Positions 24,876 to 32,210 of a stretch of 32,210 nt of DNA are shown piece after piece (the first letter of the stretch is position 1; every line of letters starts with the position of its first letter). The position numbers were made by a program, and so were the translations under genes. Below the pieces are notes generated by a model, which saw nothing but the letters and a program-made list of their open reading frames with translations, was not told where the DNA came from and did not search any database. Origin of the DNA: Candidatus Thorarchaeota archaeon (GTDB lineage: Archaea > Asgardarchaeota > Thorarchaeia > Thorarchaeales > Thorarchaeaceae); contig JAEOUG010000145.1 in the NCBI GenBank assembly GCA_016839445.1, positions 1 to 32,210 on the forward strand. Reading direction: 5' to 3'.

Positions 24876-26300
24876 ATGGAACCCAACAGAGTGCTTGTTC
24901 TGCTGTTCACTGTACTCCTTATTGTCACTCCCTCCTCCGCAGTGCTACTTCGGGTTCTAGGCACTGAAAGCATCTCATTAGATACCGCCCCTCAGGACAG
25001 TGACGAGCTTGAAATCGAGTGCAGTTCGGTCATCGTGACCGGCTCTGCCGCCAAAGACGGTCGAGCAATCCTGCTCAAGAACAGGGACTGGCCTTCAGAC
25101 AGAGCCCATCGCCCCATCTACTACCCTGCCACACCGAGCACTTACGCAGTCGTGGCAATCAATCAATTCACTATGGGGATAAACGAAGTGGGTCTAGCTG
25201 TCATGAACACCGCAATGCCCTCATTGGAACCAGACCCTGCGTATGGCAATCTGCCTCTGAATCAGAAGATACTGGAGACGTGCGAGTCTGTGGAAGAGGT
25301 TGCCCGTAGACTCAACGACTCGAGAGATGTACTTGGGCCTACGTACAGGTCATCTCTGGGAACCGTTGCCACGTGCGTAGGAGTGGTAGATAGATTCGGA
25401 GCGGGCGCGTTCTTCGAGATCAGCAATACGCAAGCCTACGCTGAGTTCGTTGTTGACGGCTACTCAACAAGAGCCAATACTCCGAGAATCTATGGAGGTA
25501 TATCTGCGCCGCCGGGCGGCAGAGATAGGTATCTCTTGGATGCATTAGATGCAGTCTTTTCCGAAAAGGGAGTGGTCTCGTGGCTTGATGTCATGCAGAG
25601 AGTATCGCGCTACGTGAGAAACAAGGAGAGCGGCACCAGCTACTTCTCGATTGACGGCGAAGCCTGCAATATGAACACTGTTGCATCCATGGTGGCCGTG
25701 AGCGGCGATGAGAGATATGACGGGAAGCTGAACTGCATGTGGGCCGCCTGTGGCCCTAACCCTCTGGCCGGCGTATTCATGCCCTCCATGGTACACATCG
25801 GCGAGCCGCCTCCGGTCCTGTCATCTCTCTGGTGCGAAACTGGTGACAAGTGGCTCTCCTGCTATGCCACAGAACCTAGCGAAACAGTGCTTCTCGACCC
25901 CTATCGAGTCCGGGAGGTTCAAGATGTTGCGTTCTTTACGGAGAACTACACCTGCTCAGAGTATGACCACCTAATGTCAACGATTCAGGACGGGCTTGAC
26001 AACACTCAACTGGGGGTTGTCCTGAGTGAGTACATCCAGAGAGTAGTACCCTATGCCGCTGAGGTGTATGTTGATGAGAACACAACATTGGAGCCCCCTC
26101 AGCGAACTGATCATACATTCACGACACAGGGCACTACATCAGGCACAACGTCCAGTGGCACATCATCAGAAACCGGCTTGACTACCACACCCACATCCGT
26201 TGCCACAAATGAGTTTCTAGCTGCCCTTGAGATGGGTCTTGGTCTGGCAATAGGCCTTGTAGCGGTGATCATGCTGGCTAGATGGAAGAAGCTACTGTGA
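24876..26300 (+). CDS. Secreted, C-terminally anchored Ntn-hydrolase (C45-like)
   Basis: Signal peptide, E|CSSVIV...DGRAILLKNRD, MGINEVGLAVMN; Thr/Ser-rich linker; C-terminal TM followed by RWKK. Confidence 0.82.
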   Translation: MEPNRVLVLLFTVLLIVTPSSAVLLRVLGTESISLDTAPQDSDELEIECSSVIVTGSAAKDGRAILLKNRDWPSDRAHRPIYYPATPSTYAVVAINQFTMGINEVGLAVMNTAMPSLEPDPAYGNLPLNQKILETCESVEEVARRLNDSRDVLGPTYRSSLGTVATCVGVVDRFGAGAFFEISNTQAYAEFVVDGYSTRANTPRIYGGISAPPGGRDRYLLDALDAVFSEKGVVSWLDVMQRVSRYVRNKESGTSYFSIDGEACNMNTVASMVAVSGDERYDGKLNCMWAACGPNPLAGVFMPSMVHIGEPPPVLSSLWCETGDKWLSCYATEPSETVLLDPYRVREVQDVAFFTENYTCSEYDHLMSTIQDGLDNTQLGVVLSEYIQRVVPYAAEVYVDENTTLEPPQRTDHTFTTQGTTSGTTSSGTSSETGLTTTPTSVATNEFLAALEMGLGLAIGLVAVIMLARWKKLL

Positions 26301-26360
26301 CTGACCCCTCACTCTAAGCCTTCCTCAACTGAGAACGAGATTTCGCACCAGAATACAGCT

Positions 26361-26624
26361 TCAATCTAGCAGCTTCTTGAAGGTAATCCAACGTATTCCA
26401 TCGTCGTCCTTCATCACGACCATCCTAAGGTCCATTTCCTTTGCATAGCTTCGGAGTGTGTGATGTGTAAGTCCCATGTATTTTACCACGTCATCTAGAC
26501 TCATCGGCTCTTCGGATTCCTTATACTTCTCAACCAGCTTCGTGAATCTTGGATAGTTCCTAGCGCGCCCTCTCCGATATCTCAACTCTGATTCGGGTTT
26601 TCTTCTAATTTCGTCTAGCCTCAT
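26361..26624 (-). CDS. Small basic putative DNA-binding (HTH) protein
   Basis: 87 aa; MSLDDVVKYMGLTHHTLRSYAK is HTH-like. Confidence 0.6.
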   Translation of the reverse strand: MRLDEIRRKPESELRYRRGRARNYPRFTKLVEKYKESEEPMSLDDVVKYMGLTHHTLRSYAKEMDLRMVVMKDDDGIRWITFKKLLD

Positions 26625-26736
26625 ATTCGACCGATATTTCGGTAGGAATATTCACTTATAATTCTTCTCTATCTAATCTCTAATGTACCTCTATCGCAAC
26701 TCTTATTATGACTCTAATCGATAGTTAACCAAGGAA

Positions 26737-27408
26737 ATGAAACGTTTGAACAATAGAGACGAAGAAATCAAGAAAGGCGTCATAGACTCATTGTACTGGG
26801 ATGGCAGAGTTGATGCGTCCAATGTGAATGTCGACATCCACGACCAGAGAGTTACCCTTAGAGGCTCTGTAGCGAGCTACTCTGCCTCGGAGGCTGCTCT
26901 CTTCGATGCCTGGAGAGTTCCCGGTGTGACAAAGGTTGACAATCAGCTTCTGGTCAGGTTCCCATCACAGGCCAGACTGCCGTCTGACGAACAGATTCGG
27001 TCTAATGTCAAGAACATGCTTCTATGGAATGAAAGCACAAGAGACCAAGACATCGATGTCAAGGTAAAGAATGGGACTGTGGAGTTGGAGGGTTCTGTTG
27101 ATGCGTATTGGAGGAAGCTCCGCGCTGAGCAGATCGTCAAGGACGCTACAGGAGTAGTCGGCATCACTGACCGCCTTGCGGTCGTTCCAACAAAGGCGAT
27201 TCTAGACAACGTAATCGCTGAGGATATCACAAACGCGATAGATCGAGACTATGCCGTAAGAATCGATGACATAGATGTCAGGGTGCAAGATGGAAAGGTG
27301 ACTCTCTCCGGGAAACTACCAAATCGTTCGGCAATTGATGCCGCGCTTGATGCAGCATCCAACACATTCGGCGTCAAAGAAGTCGTCGACAGACTCGTCA
27401 TTGAATAG
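26737..27408 (+). CDS. Triple BON-domain protein (OsmY-like)
   Basis: Three repeats of D..I...V...L......I.V.V..G.V.L.G.V...........A....GV..V.N/D.L.V; no signal peptide. Confidence 0.9.
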   Translation: MKRLNNRDEEIKKGVIDSLYWDGRVDASNVNVDIHDQRVTLRGSVASYSASEAALFDAWRVPGVTKVDNQLLVRFPSQARLPSDEQIRSNVKNMLLWNESTRDQDIDVKVKNGTVELEGSVDAYWRKLRAEQIVKDATGVVGITDRLAVVPTKAILDNVIAEDITNAIDRDYAVRIDDIDVRVQDGKVTLSGKLPNRSAIDAALDAASNTFGVKEVVDRLVIE

Positions 27409-27474
27409 CAATAGTCTTGCTGAGAGCTGTAGCTCTCCCCATTCTCTCCTTTATGGTTCCTGACAGGTTCTTTG

Positions 27475-27915
27475 CTAGTCTGTTTCGAAAGCAACTAAGT
27501 TCTCAAGAACTCGCTTGAGGTACGACTCAAACTGGTCTATCTCCTCACTAGTGAAGTTGTCGTAGAACAGCTTGGTCATGGCGACAGAGAGATCGATGTA
27601 TGCCTTCTGAAGTTTGTTGGTTTTCTCAGTCGTCCTGATCAGAACCTTTCTTCTATCCTCCTTTGACTGGACGCGATCGATATACCCGGATTCCTCGAGA
27701 TTGTCCAACAACTCACTCAAAGTGGACTTCCTCAGCAACGTCCTCTTGGCTATGTCATTGATCGGGACCTCATCCCTCTCCCAAAGGGCAAAGAGCACTC
27801 TCCCCTGTCCTGGTCCGATTTCGATCTCCTTCTGCTTCAGTAGTTCTGCAAAGACCCGCCTGCCCAGGTGATGGATCTTGGTGATTAGAAACCCGCCTTC
27901 TCTCTGTGACATCAT
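27475..27915 (-). CDS. MarR family transcriptional regulator
   Basis: QGRVLFALWE, KSTLSELLDNLEESGYIDRV.SKEDRRKVLI. Confidence 0.92.
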   Translation of the reverse strand: MMSQREGGFLITKIHHLGRRVFAELLKQKEIEIGPGQGRVLFALWERDEVPINDIAKRTLLRKSTLSELLDNLEESGYIDRVQSKEDRRKVLIRTTEKTNKLQKAYIDLSVAMTKLFYDNFTSEEIDQFESYLKRVLENLVAFETD

Positions 27916-27922
27916 TCCTACA

Positions 27923-28387
27923 TTACTCCAATCTGAACTTGAAAGTCTGACTTCCGGTCCATCCCTTTACAGTCGATGGAAGGAGTCTGAGCACTGTATG
28001 GTCGGTATCATCGTACCCCTTTGGATAGTATCTTTCCCACCCATCGTGCCAAATCTCCTTCTTCAGCTCCACTTCCTTAACTATCTCAACCGTGCCTCCC
28101 AACATCACTCCTTGCCAGTTGTCGGAATTGCAGTAGTACGCTGAGACTCTTGGATTATCCAAGATGTGAGGAATCTTCTCAGAACTTGTGTTTGTAGTGA
28201 AGATGACCATCAGGGCCGTCGCGTGATCCTCGAATAGAGGAATCAGCTTTGGAAATCGATCCTTGTTGCGAAGATTGAACATGGCCCTTGTGTGCGGTGC
28301 TCCATCTTCGTCCACAGTTGTGAGATATGACGGCCAAGCCGTTTCCAGAACATGTAGACACAGCTTCGTCAATTCAGTGTCTGACAT
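27923..28387 (-). CDS. Pyridoxamine 5'-phosphate oxidase-like FMN-binding protein (general stress protein 26-like)
   Basis: YLTTVDEDGAPHTRAM, FTTNTSSEK...I..NPRVS.YY, WERYYPKG..D; ATG 28387 with AGGTG upstream is more likely than 28498. Confidence 0.85.
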   Translation of the reverse strand: MSDTELTKLCLHVLETAWPSYLTTVDEDGAPHTRAMFNLRNKDRFPKLIPLFEDHATALMVIFTTNTSSEKIPHILDNPRVSAYYCNSDNWQGVMLGGTVEIVKEVELKKEIWHDGWERYYPKGYDDTDHTVLRLLPSTVKGWTGSQTFKFRLE

Positions 28388-28407
28388 CACGCTACACCTT
28401 GCACTAA

Positions 28408-28446
28408 TAGTTCGATACCGAACTAAGATAATTCGAGGTCGAACTA
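28408..28446. promoter_or_regulatory. Tandem palindromic operators (candidate MarR sites)
   Basis: TAGTTCG-ATAC-CGAACTA (28408-28425, perfect) and TAATTCG-AGGT-CGAACTA (28429-28446, one mismatch), 21 bp apart, directly upstream of the PNPOx-marR operon. Confidence 0.8.
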
Positions 28447-28520
28447 TATTGCTTTCGGTCGCAGCCGTCATTTGGTGCTTCGTCAGGAAGCACACCAATG
28501 TGGAACGCGCGGCGAAGAAT

Positions 28521-29375
28521 CTAGTTGGATTTCTCTTCGCTTCGTTTGTCCCTGACCTTATCCATGAACTCAGGAGTGATTATGGTGACGCCCTCCGTCT
28601 TTGCAGCCTCTACAACGCCCTTGAAGACTCGCTTGAGGAAGATGCGAGGGACGTTGATAATCTTCTCGCATGCCTCAGGGGTCCACTCAACAGATGGATC
28701 GTATCTCTGAGCAGCGTACATTACCGTGTTGACGTTGACTCCCTTGGATTTTGGTATGTCCACGGCATACGGTTTCTTCGTTTCGGCAAACCAGAATGAG
28801 GTGTTGTCGCGAAAGCCCCAGTCAATTGGCAGACTGGGAAAGCGCTTGGCCTCTAGACCATTTACAATCGCATCTCTGTACTCCCTTCTCAGAAGGATGT
28901 TGTCGACTCGAAGCAAGAAGTTCGAGCATCCCTCAATCAAAGAGACCTCATGGGATTCATCCCATGTACACTCGAAGATCTGAACCGCCTCTTCAACAAG
29001 CTCTGGATGCTCCCCGTTTCCATTATCACGCCGCGAGGGAATCAGCGTGAAGATGCTGTTCTTCATCTTCTCCTCTGTGGATTCTCCCGGGAAGCCAAGC
29101 GTGACGCAGTTCTCCATGTACTTCTTCTCATCTGGAATGAAGTTGATGGCGCACATTCCAGTCCTTCTGATGTTGGTCGCTGTGTTGCTGTCTTCTCGAC
29201 AGATAAGCATCATAGCGTACTTCCCCTCGCCTGCGATGATGTGGGGGAAACAGAGTGAATAGGGTCCCAAGTTCGTCTGCCCTGACTCTGCGAGGGTGCT
29301 TACTAGAACGACTGGCATTGGAAAGAAGCTTGATGTCTGGTAGAAGTTGTCTAACATCCGAATCTCTTCGAACAT
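28521..29375 (-). CDS. Flavin reductase-like (DIM6/NTAB) protein with C-terminal PCP_red-like domain
   Basis: PMPVVLVST....GQTNLGPYS, SNTATNIRRTG.CAINF, FEC; C-terminus WTPEACEKIINVPRIFLKRV...V...AK.EG..IIT.EFM. Confidence 0.8.
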   Translation of the reverse strand: MFEEIRMLDNFYQTSSFFPMPVVLVSTLAESGQTNLGPYSLCFPHIIAGEGKYAMMLICREDSNTATNIRRTGMCAINFIPDEKKYMENCVTLGFPGESTEEKMKNSIFTLIPSRRDNGNGEHPELVEEAVQIFECTWDESHEVSLIEGCSNFLLRVDNILLRREYRDAIVNGLEAKRFPSLPIDWGFRDNTSFWFAETKKPYAVDIPKSKGVNVNTVMYAAQRYDPSVEWTPEACEKIINVPRIFLKRVFKGVVEAAKTEGVTIITPEFMDKVRDKRSEEKSN

Positions 29376-29489
29376 CTCTGATTGTCACCTAAGGGCTGTC
29401 AATGCGCAATCCACGGTCCCATGGATGTCGGGGCTTCTGACGCCCATCTGAATATTAGAGTATTCCTGATATCATCGGATTGGAATGAG

Positions 29490-29524
29490 AGAAAAAGAAG
29501 GGGGGAAGCAGGAACCCTGCTTCC
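29490..29524 (-). terminator. Stem-loop plus T-rich terminator
   Basis: GGAAGCAGG (29504-29512) / CCTGCTTCC (29516-29524); minus strand continues CCCCTTCTTTTTCT; 10 nt after the stop of 29534..30475. Confidence 0.7.
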
Positions 29525-29533
29525 AAGTGTAGA

Positions 29534-30475
29534 TTACCTGCGCTTGATGAAGATTGCAGCAAGCACCACGACGACAACGCCGCCACCAATCAGCGCCAGA
29601 GTCACCGGGTCAATGGTGAATCCTGCGGGACCGATACCAATGATGGGATCGTAGACAAGTGTGTCGTTGCCGAAGTAATCGAAGGCTAGGTAGATTGCCT
29701 GACCTGCCTCAAGTCCATCGCCCTCGCCGTAGCTTGCATTGACCTGGAGTGTGTTCTGTGCAGCTAGTGCGGTTTCGTTGTACTCGAAGTAGCCGTTCTG
29801 GAACTGGAACTTGGTTCCAGTCTTGTGCATGCCTCCAGCATCACGAGTGCCCATGGCCTGACCGTGGTTGCTCTCACTCAGGTTGAACTGGAGAACAAGC
29901 ATAGAGTCATCATAGGTCCACTCCCAACCATCAACAACAAGATCGAACTTCATCTCGCCAGGAGTGGTGAGATCCAAGTGGACCCTGACCTCCATGTAGA
30001 CGTCAAAGGGTGACAGACTTGGGAGCTGACCATAGTCAACCCCAGTCCCCTCGGGACGTGGGTCGAAGGTTGATGTGGTTGTAAAGTTGAAGTGAACGGC
30101 AGTCACATTACCGTCGGTTTCCTCAAGCTCAAAGCCGCTGAAGTCCCAGCCGCTCGTGGGGAGCGCGAAGGGAGCGCCGACCATCAGGTCCGTACCGTGA
30201 TCATATACGCCGTTCTCATTGATGTCATTGACCTCGTACATCTTGACGAACATGACGTGATAGTCAACAGTGGGGCTATTGGGATCCCACCAGTGGAAGT
30301 GTGGGGCCTGATTATTGCCAGTCACTTTGATGGATATGTCATCTGTGTCCAGAGTGACGATACCCTCTGTGTACTGGTAGTTAATCGAGCTGCCCTGCGC
30401 GGCTGCAAGCGGTACACCGATTGCGATCAGTGTCAGTGCGAACAGTGCAAGTGTTACGTTCTTGTGGATGTTCAT
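29534..30475 (-). CDS. Secreted/cell-surface protein with C-terminal membrane anchor
   Basis: Signal peptide (..PLAAA|Q), acidic beta-rich body with NxS/T sequons, C-terminal TM followed by KRR. Confidence 0.8.
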   Translation of the reverse strand: MNIHKNVTLALFALTLIAIGVPLAAAQGSSINYQYTEGIVTLDTDDISIKVTGNNQAPHFHWWDPNSPTVDYHVMFVKMYEVNDINENGVYDHGTDLMVGAPFALPTSGWDFSGFELEETDGNVTAVHFNFTTTSTFDPRPEGTGVDYGQLPSLSPFDVYMEVRVHLDLTTPGEMKFDLVVDGWEWTYDDSMLVLQFNLSESNHGQAMGTRDAGGMHKTGTKFQFQNGYFEYNETALAAQNTLQVNASYGEGDGLEAGQAIYLAFDYFGNDTLVYDPIIGIGPAGFTIDPVTLALIGGGVVVVVLAAIFIKRR

Positions 30476-30617
30476 TACATCACCGAGTACGCCCGCTCAG
30501 ATAGTATTTATAGCCAGTATGAGACAGCAACCTTCTTCCGATGGGCAATATCTTCTATAAGGACTCAAATGATGCGAATATGGTTTATGAATGCTTCAAA
30601 TGGTTCCTCTTCACTTA

Positions 30618-32210
30618 TCATATGAGTAATTCCCGGGCCCTAGAGAGCACGTTCTCCACCGAGAGACCATACTCCTTGAAGACCACCTTGCTAGGAGCTG
30701 AAGTTCCGAATCGTTCGACAGACACAACTGCGCCTCTGTCACCTACCCATCGATGCCAGCCCTGCGAGACCCCCGCTTCTACTGCGAGCCTGGCAGTGAG
30801 ATCTGGTGGTATGACAGAGTCTCTGTACTCCTTTGACTGGTTGATGAAGAGCTCCCAGCTTGGGAACGAGACAAGTCGGACGCCTCTTCCTTCTTCAGCA
30901 AGTCGCTCGCCCGCTTGGACAGCAAGTGATAGCTCAGAGCCAGAAGCCATGAGTACAATCTCAGGTTCTCCTCCGAGATCAGCGAGCACATATGCACCAC
31001 GGGCCAGACCCTCCGCGGAGCTGTACCTCTCTCTATCCAAGATTGGTATCTTCTGCCGCGTGAGTGCCATCAATGTGGGCCCGTTCCTCTGAGTGATGGC
31101 AATCTTCCAGGCCTCTACTGTTTCATTCGCGTCGCCTGGTCGAATGACAGTCAGCTGCGGAATTGCCCTGAGAGCGGCAAGGTGTTCAACCGGTTGGTGC
31201 GTCGGTCCATCTTCGCCAACTCCGATGCTATCGTGAGTGAAGACCCAAATGCTGCCGTGGCCTGACAAGGCTGAGAGGCGGATTGAGGGACGCATATAGT
31301 CTGAGAACATTAGGAAGGTCCCACAGAAAGGTATCACTCCCCCGTGAGCAGCCATTCCGTTCACTATGGCAGCCATTGCGTGCTCTCGGACTCCGAAATG
31401 GATGTTGCGTCCCATTCTCTCATCAGCCTGGAATGAGCTACTGCCATCTATCCATGTCTTATTGGAGGGAGTCAGATCTGCTGAGCCTCCTATCAGCTCC
31501 GGGAGTTTCTTGGCCAGTGCGTTGATTACCTTTCCAGAGACTGCTCTCGTCGCCATCTCTCCATCGGCAGCACGAAATCCAGGAAGGGCTCCTTCCCAAC
31601 CCTCTGGAAGTGAAGAATTCATCCTCCTGGTGAGTTCATCGGCCAGTTCAGGATGTTCTTTGGCATATGATTCTAGTCTTCGCGTCCAGTGTTGCTCTTC
31701 CTTCTTCCCATTAGTACCTACTTCACGGAAGTGCGCTAGGACATCATCAGGAACAAGAAAGCTTGGTTCAAGAGGCCATCCGAGTTTCTTCTTGGCGCCT
31801 GTGAGTTCCTCTTCTCCTGCCGGCTCTCCGTGTGCCTTGGCTGTGTCCTGCTTGTTTGGTAGGCCAAATCCAATATGGGTCCTACAGGCAATCAGAGAGG
31901 GTCTGGGGTTCTTCTTGGCCGCTTGAATCGCCTTGTCTACTGCATCTACGTCGTTGCCATCCGCGACACGCTGCACATGCCACCCTAGAGCCTCGAATCT
32001 AGCGCACCTGTCTTCAGAGAAGGTGAGGTCCGTGCTGCCGTCGATTGATATCAGGTTGTCATCATAGAGTAGTACAAGCTTCGCTAGTCTGAGGTGACCT
32101 GCAAGACTTGCTGCCTCGCTTGAGATTCCCTCCATCAGGTCTCCGTCAGTCACAATGGCGTACGTATAATGGTCTACAATCTCGTGGCCCGGCCGGTTGA
32201 ATGTTGCCGC
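30618..32210 (-). CDS. tkt: Transketolase, single-chain type (5' end outside the window)
   Basis: Frame is open to the window edge ([28 protein letters not shown]); [34 protein letters not shown]. Confidence 0.97.
   Translation of the reverse strand, partial: AATFNRPGHEIVDHYTYAIVTDGDLMEGISSEAASLAGHLRLAKLVLLYDDNLISIDGSTDLTFSEDRCARFEALGWHVQRVADGNDVDAVDKAIQAAKKNPRPSLIACRTHIGFGLPNKQDTAKAHGEPAGEEELTGAKKKLGWPLEPSFLVPDDVLAHFREVGTNGKKEEQHWTRRLESYAKEHPELADELTRRMNSSLPEGWEGALPGFRAADGEMATRAVSGKVINALAKKLPELIGGSADLTPSNKTWIDGSSSFQADERMGRNIHFGVREHAMAAIVNGMAAHGGVIPFCGTFLMFSDYMRPSIRLSALSGHGSIWVFTHDSIGVGEDGPTHQPVEHLAALRAIPQLTVIRPGDANETVEAWKIAITQRNGPTLMALTRQKIPILDRERYSSAEGLARGAYVLADLGGEPEIVLMASGSELSLAVQAGERLAEEGRGVRLVSFPSWELFINQSKEYRDSVIPPDLTARLAVEAGVSQGWHRWVGDRGAVVSVERFGTSAPSKVVFKEYGLSVENVLSRARELLI

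Noticed and set aside
26119-26210. ACA/ACC-rich low-complexity stretch as a DNA repeat
   Set aside because: Explained by the Thr/Ser-rich linker of the surface Ntn-hydrolase.
28263-31926. Long + strand ORFs (28263..28799, 30092..30625, 30541..31092, 31366..31926)
   Set aside because: They are antisense shadows of well-supported minus-strand genes, with no motifs of their own.

Overview
Archaeal chromosomal DNA, most likely from an Asgard archaeon; this is inferred from the archaeal-type 16S 3' end, TFB, a crenarchaeal-type SSB and a Rab-like GTPase. The window opens with the last ~235 nt of a 16S rRNA gene that is not followed by tRNA-Ala or 23S. Instead, the ~105-nt structured sequence directly behind the 16S end recurs three times (about 251-355, 909-1011, 1603-1704), with two further eroded remnants (about 3876-3905 and 4496-4520). 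Each copy heads a small gene unit: an antitoxin-RelE pair, an ATC-hydrolase-like gene, a methyltransferase, and a second ATC-hydrolase-like paralog. This looks like a cassette-like accretion array anchored on the rRNA 3' flank and is the most unusual feature here. The rest is mostly metabolic and housekeeping genes: Ntn-hydrolases, creatininase, alpha/beta hydrolases, TrmO, MFS transporters, acr3-arsR, SSB-TFB, KamA, GNAT, a BON protein, MarR with a PNPOx-like gene, a flavin-reductase-like fusion, and a transketolase cut by the window edge. Also notable are a 40-aa Asp/Trp micro-protein missed by the ORF track (with its own RBS and terminator), a Rab-like GTPase with a coiled-coil tail, a ~170-nt structured leader upstream of kamA, and several clear operator palindromes. 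All family assignments come from motif recognition by eye; no database search was run.
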